From an uncultured Methanosarcinales archaeon (GTDB lineage: Archaea; Halobacteriota; Methanosarcinia; Methanotrichales; Methanotrichaceae): DNA of 64,000 bases. A model generated the notes under the pieces. The model saw nothing but the letters and a program-made list of their open reading frames with translations. It was not told the origin of the DNA and ran no database searches. The position numbers were made by a program, and so were the translations under genes. The stretch's first letter is position 1, and every line of letters begins with the position of its first letter. Positions 53,701-63,002 of this stretch are shown in pieces. The DNA lies in NCBI GenBank assembly GCA_963843555.1, contig CAWJKV010000014.1:96001-160000 (forward strand), read 5' to 3'.

Positions 53701-55143
53701 TCGCAGATGAACAACGGTCAGAATATAGTCTATTTCGATCATCATGCCGACGAGAATTCCTGGCAGCTATCGAGTTGGTCGATGATGGATTCGTACCTCA
53801 GTGGTGCTCAGGTAAAGGAGCTTACCCTGACACCTCAGACGACTACTGCATCCGCCTGTCTCTCTTCGAACCTCAAGGGACACTATCTGAATGTGACTGG
53901 CACCAGGATGTACATTCCCGGGAATCTGGAGGACTCTATAGCCCTGTCTTTCATAAGAGCAGGAGCGGTAAACTACATAGGGGATTCAGCCCTTTCCTAT
54001 ATCTTCGTGTCAGACGACTACTTCAAGAGGTTCTATCAATCGCTGATCTTTGAGAATGCCACTGTCGGTCAGGCTCAAATGGATGCGGATAATCTCTTCA
54101 GGCTTAAGTTCAAAGGGACTCGAGATCTCAAACCGGTCTCCGATTATGACGAGCCCTTACCGGCTTGGGATACTTCGATTCAAGAGATACTCAACCAGAC
54201 TGCCTACATGGATAGCATGCTGGGAGATCCCAGCTTCCGGCCGAATTTACCCAAGACACCCGCTCTTCCCTATTCCACAGATGTGTCGGTCGCCAATTCC
54301 ACTGTTCAGAACAAGAATGCTACGGATCTGCAAGAGACCACACTCAAGGCAACCATCATGCCAACGAACGAAAGTGCGACAGACTGGATATACTGGATTC
54401 AGACGGATAGTTCCAGTGGCCAGCTCAATCTCGATGCTCCACCGGCGATCATAGGAGAGGTCCTGTTACCTAATGATGCGGATAAGATCGTCGTGAAGGA
54501 GAACGGCCTATCGATCTGGCATGACGAATACTCCACTGGCGCCCAGAAAAAGGTGATGTGGCCTATCATCAGACCAAGGCTTGGCGAAGAGAGGAGTTTC
54601 CAGATTGAGTATGTACTGATTCCAGGCCAGGTTCAGCGGATCAATGTCACTGCGGGTTGGAATGCTATGGCCGTCTACCTGAATCCGAAAGATGCATCGT
54701 CAGGCAAGTATCTCAAGGACAAGCCCTACCGGAGCATATTCACCATCTCAGGTGTTGGATGGGACTTCGGCATGAAGGATGGAGGCATGCTCAATGTGAC
54801 CCGTTTCAAACCGGGAGAAGGATACCTCATCGACAGTGCTGACAACTTCACTATAGAGATCTCAGGCAAGCCTGTCGATCTGCCCTATCGCCTGGACCTG
54901 CATAAGGGATGGAATATGATTGGTCTGCCTTTGAACAAGACTGTCGATTTGGGTAATATCACGGTTAACGCCGATCATCGGAGGTACAACTATCCTGAAG
55001 CAGTTAAGAAGGGACTGGTTTCAGCATTCATCTGGAAGTATGAAGGCGAGGATTGGGTTCATCTGGGTGAGAACGAAACCCTTGCGCCCGGAATGGCCTA
55101 TCTCTTCGAGGCTACGGGAGAATCCAAGCTGGAGTTCCGCTGA
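50779..55143 (+). CDS. Large secreted multidomain protein: CWB2-like repeats, GHL10-like barrel, DUF11-like Ig, peptidase C25 (gingipain)-like domain, C-terminal GWN repeats
   Basis: CPVNPEVR...Y.ADGV...CFCDVC; GENYSAALSAAPIAS.LNWPVL; LMVVGD...LP, VGRI, FDHHA...W, SACLS, GAVNYIG, LGDPS; GTGA overlap with the upstream stop. Confidence 0.8.
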   Translation: MKLLPIFLFMAIMSSTLLSAAENAPLARGVKGEVEDVILVGADDWHASVAATPLAIWSEDNQTRIMPMLILPKLVQAGDRNGWVEEQDLIRYGEAAILDTFKAANITALVIHGSGDQVKAMVESAHKDGLKVYITATLEIPVVSKTVAGEMGAVSEAEKTLMTEAGLTNYLPDDSRIDRSWLQMPNPDIGGNASYFCPVNPEVRDSLYSQIETLIDDYKADGVVLYRFGFQDENYCFCDVCKEKFYQDTGIDITKVNANSYNQERWNQWKQDQLMQIVEYARNITSDLGPVKLGVALDNPFDRSQGYNFAEISKVTDFSLISPLPAQDVSQACSLSEKPVYVRLSDDYVGYVLSTQNVEGAIRYIEDLTKAGAAGVAFEYNVVHTPFWSEIEPPSSAARWLLQQVGGTTLAVGNVSWMSDSKIRANNSFELAEKISRYWKSSPGAVIVGENYSAALSAAPIASYLNWPVLFVDGVLPEETLNALLRLGAKDVVTVGPISNAIRQNLSQMNITLHDGNSEFLLEQMNERGESPTMVVLTNSHDLSLQPPVPNPVVERTLIDDLLVRTEISPSQIPSEELGEIVRLNITLSNAGKDTLKGVRLLDIFPMGRFIKMPRQSLGEVNVTDPYSGQPSVATSAFLNGSLLRWNIDKLAPGKSASLVAEVELLYPMDSGWKQRLDTGATAAYEGFSYNHTLENVDDSPVVNLTYPTWIYSGRTNISWNLDRDSSYTALNLYNPDQRNAQIRITDIVPEKLYELRVQLLTPGKWIFNIETDSDITKNYTIDVRSNIGVVNVTAFSHTKVPRLSLVAAQAASARKAILVDVARDPQQIDPVNEEQILLQKVEDLKLSPQYLMVVGDTGSLPFIPTGLIQELSPVEEYEVYRDYQLNLNDENYSTVAVGRIMGLSVYDASQLMARTLAYDRLAGAWKKNGLVVSSPPLSFPQAPIGISIREYLQEAGVLVKDLRYEEATYQQVTSQMNNGQNIVYFDHHADENSWQLSSWSMMDSYLSGAQVKELTLTPQTTTASACLSSNLKGHYLNVTGTRMYIPGNLEDSIALSFIRAGAVNYIGDSALSYIFVSDDYFKRFYQSLIFENATVGQAQMDADNLFRLKFKGTRDLKPVSDYDEPLPAWDTSIQEILNQTAYMDSMLGDPSFRPNLPKTPALPYSTDVSVANSTVQNKNATDLQETTLKATIMPTNESATDWIYWIQTDSSSGQLNLDAPPAIIGEVLLPNDADKIVVKENGLSIWHDEYSTGAQKKVMWPIIRPRLGEERSFQIEYVLIPGQVQRINVTAGWNAMAVYLNPKDASSGKYLKDKPYRSIFTISGVGWDFGMKDGGMLNVTRFKPGEGYLIDSADNFTIEISGKPVDLPYRLDLHKGWNMIGLPLNKTVDLGNITVNADHRRYNYPEAVKKGLVSAFIWKYEGEDWVHLGENETLAPGMAYLFEATGESKLEFR

Positions 55144-55226
55144 ACGGCATGAATCGGGGCTCCAGACCATTTTAATTTTTTCTTATTAAAAAATTCGTAT
55201 CTAATCTTTTTCGCCTAAAGTATACT

Positions 55227-56138
55227 TCATTTCCTCTTCCGGTGCAGTTCTCTCATCATCTCCCGGTGCATGGATGCCATCATATCGCCTTGCATACCGA
55301 TGAGAAATAGCTGGAAGCCCACGATGATTAAAATCGCCGTCAGGATGGTGAGGGGAATATGCTCAATGCGCCAGAAAAACCAATCCCTGGCCACAAAAAT
55401 GCCTATGAGAAAACCGGCAAGGCCGAAGAATGAGCCGATCAGGCCGAAGTAGAACATGGGATTTTCCGTCTTGGCCATACGGTAGATAGTGAGGATTATT
55501 TTGAGGCCGTCCCGGAAGGGATGCAGCTTGGTCTTGGTGCCGGTCGGCCTGGGCCGGTAGGTGATGGGCACCTCGATAATGCGCAGGCCTTTCTTTACGC
55601 TCTCAATGGTGATCTCAGACTCGATCTCAAAGCCCGGCATGGAGAGGTCCAGCAGTCGAATGCCTTCCGTGGTGAAAGCCCGGTAGCCGGAGAGTATGTC
55701 GGTGAGATGAACCCTGTATATTGTGGCAAAGAAACGATTGATCATCTTATTGCCGATCATATTGAGCCTCTTCAGTGCTCCTCCCTGGACATTGCCCAGC
55801 CGGTTGCCAACTACGTGGTCCGCCTGACCTTTAAAGACCGGGTCCAGGATGCGGCCTGCTTCGCTGGGAAGATAGGTACCGTCGCCGTCAATGAGAAGTA
55901 TATACTCCTCTTCGATCTGGGCAAAGACCTCTTTCAGGGCCTGGCCTTTGCCGGACCCCGACTGGAGGAATATGCGCGCTCCTGCCGCTTTGGCCTTCGC
56001 CACTGTCGCGTCGGTGCTGTGGCCGTCCACCACCAGAATGTTCTCGTAGCCCAAAGCTCGGAACTCCCGGATCACCGGCTCGATGGACTCCTCTTCATTC
56101 AGGGTCGGTATGAGAACGCAGATGTCTTTGTCGCTCAC
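55227..56138 (-). CDS. aglJ: GT2 glycosyltransferase, S-layer N-glycosylation AglJ type
   Basis: ICVLIPTLNE, VVDGHSTD, IDGDGTY, DILSGYRAF, KLHPFRDG and two C-terminal TMs. Confidence 0.82.
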   Translation of the reverse strand: MSDKDICVLIPTLNEEESIEPVIREFRALGYENILVVDGHSTDATVAKAKAAGARIFLQSGSGKGQALKEVFAQIEEEYILLIDGDGTYLPSEAGRILDPVFKGQADHVVGNRLGNVQGGALKRLNMIGNKMINRFFATIYRVHLTDILSGYRAFTTEGIRLLDLSMPGFEIESEITIESVKKGLRIIEVPITYRPRPTGTKTKLHPFRDGLKIILTIYRMAKTENPMFYFGLIGSFFGLAGFLIGIFVARDWFFWRIEHIPLTILTAILIIVGFQLFLIGMQGDMMASMHREMMRELHRKRK

Positions 56139-56268
56139 TTATAGATCAGCTCTGGCAATGGTTGTACATCTTATGGAATGAGGCGTATTAAATAGATTGC
56201 TTTGGCAAAATGGGGAGATTGAGATGCATGGCTCTTTATGACGTAGCATAAGTGCCATGATGCCCAGG

Positions 56269-57582
56269 TCATGTCTTCATAGCCTGGTGGATGATCTTCT
56301 TGAAGCGCTCCTCCAGCTCCGCCATATCTCCTCTTGCAGTCTCGATGTATAGCCTGAGAATCGGCTCAGTATTGCTCGGTCGAATCAGCACACTGTAGTT
56401 GTCAGTGGTGATCTTCAGACCATCCATGGTGTCGGGCTCCATGGAAGCCAACGCATCCTTCAGCCGGAGCATAACGCCTGCCGGATTCTCGTTGATGCGG
56501 ATGCTTGTCTGCTTGTAGGGGAAATCCGGTATCTCGTCTGCGAGTGCGGAGAGCTTCTCACCCTGGGATATGATCTCGCCCAAAGCCAGGCTCATGGCGA
56601 AGGGATCGTCGGAGTACTGGAACTCCGGCAAGAAGAAGTGGCCGCTTCGTTCCACTCCTAAGACGGCGGCGGAGTCTTTAACCCGGTTGGCCACGAAGAC
56701 GTCTCCCACTCTCTCTCGCTCCACCCTTATGCCATCCTTCTCAAGCTCGCGCTCCAGGATCATGGAGCAGTCAAAACCGGAGATGACCAGGTCGCCTGAC
56801 TTGTATCTGGCCCGGGCGATTATGATGGCAACCTTCTCAGGCGGCAGAACGCGGCCCATATCGTCGATGATGATTCCCCTGTCTGCATCTGGGTCGAAAC
56901 CCACCCCAAAATCGGCCTGGTTTTGTATCACTTCCTGGCAGGCTGGGCGCAAGGATTCTTCATTTGGAGCAGGGCCGCGACCAGGGAAAAGGCCATCCAT
57001 GGTACCGTTGATAACGAAAGAGTCGAAACCGAGCTTCCGGTAAGAGGAAGCCATCGTGCAGGCAGAGCCGTTGCCCATATCCAGGACAACTTTTAGAGAG
57101 CGCTTCATATTCAATTTTTCAGCTACATAATTGGCATACTTCTCGATTGCCACCAGAGGCTCATGATCGGTTTTTATGCCTGCTCCGGAGAGAAAGCCTC
57201 CTTCTCGGTAAAATTTCATTATAGAGGAATCCTGATAAAGTAGGCCGTAGCCGTCGCTGGTTCTGAATCGCACGCCGTTGTATTCTGGTGGATTATGAGA
57301 CGCGGAGATGTAGGCGGCGGCCTTAAGCTTCTCTTTCCAGGTGATATAGCTTATAATGGAAATGGGGATGATGCCGAAGCTTTGCACCTCGCAGCCCGTA
57401 GTAAGGACCCCCTCCAGAAAAGCCTCCTGCAAAGATGGGCCGCTGATCCGCGTATCCCTTCCCAAAGCGACTCTGCCTCCGCCGGCGTAGGATCCGAAGG
57501 ATTCACCAATTCGCCTGGCCAGCTCCTCTGTGAGATCGGTGCCATAGACACCTCTGACATCATATGCTCTGAATGCTGTCAC
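56269..57582 (-). CDS. Phosphomannomutase/phosphoglucomutase
   Basis: FRAYDVRG, SASHNP, DPDADR, ERSGH, RPSNTEP. Confidence 0.92.
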   Translation of the reverse strand: MTAFRAYDVRGVYGTDLTEELARRIGESFGSYAGGGRVALGRDTRISGPSLQEAFLEGVLTTGCEVQSFGIIPISIISYITWKEKLKAAAYISASHNPPEYNGVRFRTSDGYGLLYQDSSIMKFYREGGFLSGAGIKTDHEPLVAIEKYANYVAEKLNMKRSLKVVLDMGNGSACTMASSYRKLGFDSFVINGTMDGLFPGRGPAPNEESLRPACQEVIQNQADFGVGFDPDADRGIIIDDMGRVLPPEKVAIIIARARYKSGDLVISGFDCSMILERELEKDGIRVERERVGDVFVANRVKDSAAVLGVERSGHFFLPEFQYSDDPFAMSLALGEIISQGEKLSALADEIPDFPYKQTSIRINENPAGVMLRLKDALASMEPDTMDGLKITTDNYSVLIRPSNTEPILRLYIETARGDMAELEERFKKIIHQAMKT

Positions 57583-57702
57583 GAATTCCTATTGGGCCCG
57601 AGGATTTAAATTATTTTCTGCGAGGCCGAGAGGCAATAAAGCTGATCCTCAAATTTTAAATCAAAAAATTTTTTAGATTAATTTCGATAAACAATAATTT
57701 CT

Positions 57703-57981
57703 TCATTCCTGCTTCGCCAAGACGATCTCCATCGAAGACACGTTCACCGTTTTGCCTTCCTCGTTTGGGATGGCCTCTGTGCCGATGGTTATTGCCTTGA
57801 CGACAAGGTTGGGCATGAACCTGTTCCTGGTGATCTCTGCCGCGTCAACGGCGCGGGAGATGGCGCGTCCCCGGGCCTTCAAAATGACGCTGGATACTGG
57901 TTTATTGAACTGGGTCATCACTGCTAGCACATAGTTCATGACTGGTTTGTCACCGACGTATATCACTGCATTGTCATCCAT
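57703..57981 (-). CDS. albA: DNA/RNA-binding protein Alba
   Basis: [32 protein letters not shown]. Confidence 0.97.
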   Translation of the reverse strand: MDDNAVIYVGDKPVMNYVLAVMTQFNKPVSSVILKARGRAISRAVDAAEITRNRFMPNLVVKAITIGTEAIPNEEGKTVNVSSMEIVLAKQE

Positions 57982-58020
57982 AGCTTTCGCCCCTTCCTCT
58001 TCCTTTTCTTGGACAGGTTA

Positions 58021-58792
58021 TTAACTCTTTCTCTCCAGGACAATGGCGAATGCAAAATTAGGTTTCACCGCATCTATCTTCACGCGCAGCTTCTCGCCCA
58101 GCTTTGCGCCGCGCACGATGATCGCGAAGCCTTCCACCATGGCTACACCGTCCCCGGATTTGCCCACGGAATCGATCAAAACGTCCAGCATCTCACCTTT
58201 GCGCACCGGTCCGGTGAGGAGCTTTTTGGCCACGACATAGGTCTCTGCGCTCTCCTTTCGGGAGGCCGGTGGCGAGTAGAGCATGTACGGATGAGAACTC
58301 CTTCCTGACCTCATTCAGGTAGTCCATGAACATGTCTCCCTGGAATACCTTGACCACAAAGTTGCCTCGCGGCTTGAGCAGCTTCCTGGCCATTTTGAGC
58401 GCTGATCGCGCGAGATCGACAGATATGGCGTGGTCCCTGTCCCAGGCGCCGGAAAGATTAGGCGCGGCATCACAGATCACCACATCCGCATCTCCCCCCA
58501 GCGCCTCTTTCACCAGATCCACGGTGCTCTCGGCTGTTATGTCCGCCCGAAAGGTGACAACGCCTGGGATGGGAGTTATGCCCTCCAGGTCCACCCCTAC
58601 AATCTTCCCGCCCGAGAGCTTCTCGGCCACCTGCAGCCAGCCGCCTGGTGCGGCACCCAGGTCTACGACGGAGTCGCCCCTCTTGATGACATGGTATTTC
58701 TCATTTATCTGCAGCAACTTATAGGCGGACCGGGCTCGAAAGCCCTCCTCTTTTGCCAGCCGATAGTAGTGATCTCTCTGATCTCGGGCCAT
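58021..58792 (-). CDS. rlmE: 23S rRNA 2'-O-methyltransferase RlmE/FtsJ with a C-terminal TRAM domain (one frameshift near 58285)
   Basis: RARSAYKL, DLGAAPGGW, CDAAP, KVFQG; continues as PPASRKESAETY plus TRAM in a second frame. Confidence 0.93.
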
Positions 58793-58894
58793 CTTAAGAA
58801 GAGATGCGGGTTATGGGATAAAGATTTGCCCGAAGGCTGGGCTCAACTACGGCAGCGAAGGCATTATATGCAGAGGAATGCCGTCTTGTGTTAA

Positions 58895-59200
58895 CGAGAG
58901 AGGAAGGGCGGCTGCCGCTGGCCAATTCCGGCCGGTGTGGAAAGTCCCCCCACCACTGGACACACAGACATCCCCAAAGGATGTGGGGCGAGAGCTCCGG
59001 CTCTGGCACAGAAACGAGACCGGCCAGCGTTAAAGCGATGATGCCGAGAGGCTGAGGTCGCGCTGGATGCGGATGAAACGGCGAAACCCTGTGGGTGCAA
59101 GCCAAAATAGAGCTGAAAAAATTGGACGTCCAGCCAAGCTCGGGTATGGCGCTAAGCTGAATGCCGTCTGGAACAGAAGGGGGCTTACTCTCCTCACTCG
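58895..59200 (+). ncRNA. rnpB: RNase P RNA (archaeal)
   Basis: GGAAAGTCCCCCC near the 5' end and AACAGAAGGGGGCTTA near the 3' end (P4); ACAGAAA, TGAAAC and GGGTGCAAG conserved regions; terminal P1 helix. Confidence 0.95.
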
Positions 59201-59228
59201 TGCAAAATCATATCATTTAGACTATCTT

Positions 59229-61199
59229 TCAAGCCACCAACAGTTCCTTCTCCAATCTCTTGACAGTATCCCGGAGCTGTATGGCCCTCTCAAACTCCAG
59301 CCTCTCCGCTGCTGCCATCATCTCCGCCTCCAGCTCGATAATCACATTGGGTATATCGGTCTTTGGAATATGCCTGGTGTCGGTGATCTCCACTACCTTG
59401 TCCCGGATGGGCTTTAGAATAGTGCGAGGCACTATGCCGTGCTCCTGGTTGTAGGCGGTCTGCAGAGCCCTGCGCCTTTTTGTCTTATCCATGGCTGCAA
59501 TTATGGAGCCCGTCATCCTGTCAGCATAAAGGACCACCCTGGAGTTGGCATTTCTTGAGGCCCGGCCGATGGTCTGGATCAGGCTCTTCTCATCGCGCAG
59601 AAATCCTTCTTTGTCTGCATCCAGGATGCCTATGAATCCCACCTCGGGGATATCCAGTCCCTCGCGAAGAAGGTTGATGCCTACCAGCACATCGAACTTG
59701 CCCAGCCGCAGCTCGCGAATGATCTCCGTCCTCTCCAGGGGCTGGATCTCGGAGTGCAGGTAGCGGGCCTTGATGTCGTTCCGGCTCAGGTAATCAGTCA
59801 GCTCCTCGGCCAGGCGTTTGGTAAGGGTTGTCAGAAGCGCCCTGTCGCCTTTGGCCACAACGCCTTTGATCTCCGACATAACATCTCTCACCTGCCCATC
59901 AATGGGCCGCACTTCCACCTCTGGGTCCAGCAGGCCGGTGGGGCGAATGATCTGCTCTATGGGAAGTCCTGAATGCTCCAGCTCATAGTCTCCAGGGGTG
60001 GCTGAGACGAAGATCACATTCTTCATGTACTTCTCGAATTCCGGAAATTCGAGCGGCCGGTTGTCGTAGCTGCTGGGCAGCCGGAAACCGTAGTCCACCA
60101 GGCTTTTTTTGCGGGAACGGTCGCCTTTGTACATAGCGCGAAGCTGGGGGAGCGTCTGGTGGCTCTCATCGATGATGAGCAGGAAATCCGCCGGAAAATA
60201 ATCGAGCAGGCAGTATGGTGGTTCATCGGGCTGGCGACGGTCGAAATGACGGGAATAGTTTTCGATGCCCTTGCAACTCCCGGTCTCCTGAATCATCTCC
60301 ATGTCATGCAGAGTGCGCTGTTTTAGCCGGTGGGCCTCGATCAGCCCCAGCTCGGGCAGTCTTTCCTCCAGTTCTGCCTGGATAGATTCCAAGGCCGCGG
60401 TCTGCTCCTCCTCCGGTATTACGTAATGCCTGGCCGGATAGATGAAGAAGTAGTTCAATTCTTCTAATCGCTGGCCGGTCAGTCGGTCAACCTCGGAGAT
60501 CCCCTCTACTTCATCTCCGAAGAGCTCGATCCTGATGATGTTGTTAAAGTAGCCGGGAACAAGATCTATGGTCTCACCTTTCGCCCGGAAGTGGCCTGGC
60601 GAAAGGTCCAGGTCGGAACGCTCAAAGAGTATGTCTACAAGCTTTCCCAGGATCTCTTTTCTCGATATCCTGTCTCCTACTTTCAGCTCAAAACCCATCT
60701 TCTGGAAGTTTTCGGGATTGCCCAGACCGTAGATGCAGGAGACTGATGCCACCACTATCACATCCTGGCGTGACAGCAGCGAGGCCGTTGTCGCCAGCCT
60801 CATCTGCTCGAGCTTGGGATTGATATGGGAGTCTTTCTCGATGTACTGGTCCTTGGAAGGGATATAGGACTCGGGCTGGTAGTAGTCGTAATATGAGACG
60901 AAGTACTCTACCCTGTTTTCCGGGAAGAACTCTTTGAACTCGTTATAGAGCTGGTCGGCCAGTGTCTTGTTATGGGCGATGACCAGGGTGGGCTTTTGGA
61001 GTTCCTGGATAACATTGGCCACGGTATAGGTCTTTCCGGAGCCTGTGACCCCCAGCAGAGTTTGGAACCTTTCACCGGCTTTCAGGCCGGAATTGAGCTT
61101 TTCTATGGCCTGCGGCTGGGAGCCGCATGGTTCGAAGCTGGAGACAAGATGAAACTTCTGCTCGGAGGAGATATTGGGATGCATCAGGTTTTTTGTCAT
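59229..61199 (-). CDS. uvrB: Excinuclease ABC subunit B
   Basis: GVTGSGKT, YFVSYYDYYQPE, DESH, GINLLREGLDIPEV, C-terminal UVR domain. Confidence 0.98.
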   Translation of the reverse strand: MTKNLMHPNISSEQKFHLVSSFEPCGSQPQAIEKLNSGLKAGERFQTLLGVTGSGKTYTVANVIQELQKPTLVIAHNKTLADQLYNEFKEFFPENRVEYFVSYYDYYQPESYIPSKDQYIEKDSHINPKLEQMRLATTASLLSRQDVIVVASVSCIYGLGNPENFQKMGFELKVGDRISRKEILGKLVDILFERSDLDLSPGHFRAKGETIDLVPGYFNNIIRIELFGDEVEGISEVDRLTGQRLEELNYFFIYPARHYVIPEEEQTAALESIQAELEERLPELGLIEAHRLKQRTLHDMEMIQETGSCKGIENYSRHFDRRQPDEPPYCLLDYFPADFLLIIDESHQTLPQLRAMYKGDRSRKKSLVDYGFRLPSSYDNRPLEFPEFEKYMKNVIFVSATPGDYELEHSGLPIEQIIRPTGLLDPEVEVRPIDGQVRDVMSEIKGVVAKGDRALLTTLTKRLAEELTDYLSRNDIKARYLHSEIQPLERTEIIRELRLGKFDVLVGINLLREGLDIPEVGFIGILDADKEGFLRDEKSLIQTIGRASRNANSRVVLYADRMTGSIIAAMDKTKRRRALQTAYNQEHGIVPRTILKPIRDKVVEITDTRHIPKTDIPNVIIELEAEMMAAAERLEFERAIQLRDTVKRLEKELLVA

Positions 61200-61288
61200 A
61201 GGAGGTAGAAGCAGCTAGGCCTCGTAAGGTATGAGTCTTTTGCCCTGCAAAATGCCCTGCAAAACGGCTAAATAATCCAGGGCCAAAA

Positions 61289-61957
61289 TTGTTGAAAATG
61301 GATGCAGGAGATAAAGCCGAGACCCTTTCCGTGCAGGAGCTGATGGACATTTACTCTCCAGTAAAGGGGCAGATCGAGACCCGGCTGGGGGAGTTTCGGC
61401 ATATATGGGAGGAGGCCAGCGATGAGGAGCTCTTCAGGGAGCTGGTCTTCTGCTTGCTCACCCCACAATCCAAGGCCAAGACCTGCTGGAAAGCAGTGCA
61501 ACGGCTGGACAGGAAGTGCATGATAGCCACAGGAGAGCCCTCTGAAGTTTCCGAGGAGCTGGTGGGCGTCAGATTCAACAAGCGAAAGGCGGAGTACATC
61601 TGCCGGGCTCGGTCGATGTTTTGCGAAAGATCCCTCCGGGCCACGCTCGCGGGATTCGGCTCCTCTGCAGCTGCAAGGGAATGGCTGGTGGAAAATGTCA
61701 AAGGCCTGGGTTACAAAGAAGCCAGCCATTTCTTGAGAAATATTGGCCTTGGAGAGGATCTTGCAATCCTGGACCGGCATATTCTAAAAAATCTGGCGCT
61801 TCTGGGCGTCATAGTCGAGGTTCCCAGTTCTCCAACAAAAAGGACCTACCTTGAGATCGAGAAGAAGATGGCGGCCTTCTCCAAAAAGGCAGGAATCCCT
61901 ATGGGGCAGCTTGACCTTCTACTATGGTACAAGGAAGCAGGAGAGGTGTTCAAGTAA
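61289..61957 (+). CDS. ogg: 8-oxoguanine N-glycosylase/DNA lyase
   Basis: ELVFCLLTPQS, VKGLGYKEASHFLRNIG, AILDRHIL, LDLLLWY. Confidence 0.92.
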   Translation: MLKMDAGDKAETLSVQELMDIYSPVKGQIETRLGEFRHIWEEASDEELFRELVFCLLTPQSKAKTCWKAVQRLDRKCMIATGEPSEVSEELVGVRFNKRKAEYICRARSMFCERSLRATLAGFGSSAAAREWLVENVKGLGYKEASHFLRNIGLGEDLAILDRHILKNLALLGVIVEVPSSPTKRTYLEIEKKMAAFSKKAGIPMGQLDLLLWYKEAGEVFK

Positions 61958-61995
61958 ATAGAAATACTTATAGCTCTTAGAGTCTTAGTTTAACT

Positions 61996-62367
61996 ATGAA
62001 AAATGCTATCACATGGTTTGATATCCCAACTGAGGATTTTGATCGTGCTGTGAAGTTCTATTCAGACATTCTTGGCAGAGAGATCCGTGTAGATACCTAT
62101 ATGGGACAAAAACTGGGTTTCTTCTCAATGGATGGAATGGAAGGCGTAGGCGGAGATCTGGTGCCGCCAGGGATGGGAAACAAACCTTCTGCAAACGGAA
62201 CCCGGGTCTACTTAAGTTGCGAAGGAATAATTGATGAGGTCATAGGAAGAATAGAAAAATCCGGCGGAAAGATCATTGCACCCAAATTTAAGATAGGTGA
62301 AATGGGCTGGATCGCGATGATTATGGATACGGAAGGAAATACTGTCGGGTTGCATAGTTTCAAGTGA
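61996..62367 (+). CDS. VOC/glyoxalase family protein
   Basis: WFDIPT.DFDRA.KFY..ILG, GGKI..PK, DTEGNTVGL. Confidence 0.9.
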   Translation: MKNAITWFDIPTEDFDRAVKFYSDILGREIRVDTYMGQKLGFFSMDGMEGVGGDLVPPGMGNKPSANGTRVYLSCEGIIDEVIGRIEKSGGKIIAPKFKIGEMGWIAMIMDTEGNTVGLHSFK

Positions 62368-62719
62368 CCTAATTTTTTCTGGCGGTTTATAAGATGATTA
62401 CTTCTCAATCGAATATCTCAAAGGGGAATGCATTTAGCCGGCCTATTTCCCACTTCTTTTAGTCAGACCGAAAGGTACTGATTTAAAAAGGTGGCCTTTA
62501 TTCTTCTCCATATTCAGGAGAGATTTCAACAAACCGTGAGCCTTAGATGCATATGCTTTCAAATCGTTAGAGTTGCATGTACTCTTCTTCAGCGATAATT
62601 TTGCGTCATCTATATACAAATATGTACTCTGGACCGAGGTAGTTGATTAATAAGCTTTTAATATCAAAATTTAGAAGTATCATAACTTATTTAAGCTCAA
62701 AGCCATATTAATTGAATAT

Positions 62720-62875
62720 ATGCCGAAGACGACATTGACACTCTCTGAAGCCGTAGCAAAAACTCTGAAGATTTATACGGTACAATCCAAGGGCAGCATG
62801 CATGCTCAAAGTCAGGTAGTTGAGGAGGCCCTACTAGAGTTCTTTAAGAGGCACAAGGTAAAAATCGAGGGGTAA
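62720..62875 (+). CDS. Small ribbon-helix-helix-like protein, 51 aa (MPKTTLTLSEAVAKTLKIY...SQVVEEALLEFF)
   Basis: Manual translation; alternating beta strand then two helices with S.VVEEAL; TATA-like TTATTTAA upstream. Confidence 0.6.
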   Translation: MPKTTLTLSEAVAKTLKIYTVQSKGSMHAQSQVVEEALLEFFKRHKVKIEG

Positions 62876-63002
62876 CCGCCTTTCAAGTCCCTGGATCTTC
62901 AAAATAAAGGCCGAAAGCTTCAAAATCTGGACCGCCAGGGCTAAAATTTAGGAATAGACTGCTATTGCCCCATAACGCCGGGATCCAGAAGATCCAGAAA
63001 GG

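Noticed and set aside
58955..58975. RNase P region reads GTGGAAAGTCC rather than the consensus GAGGAAAGTCC
   Set aside because: A single-base deviation in an error-prone assembly; not interpretable without reads.
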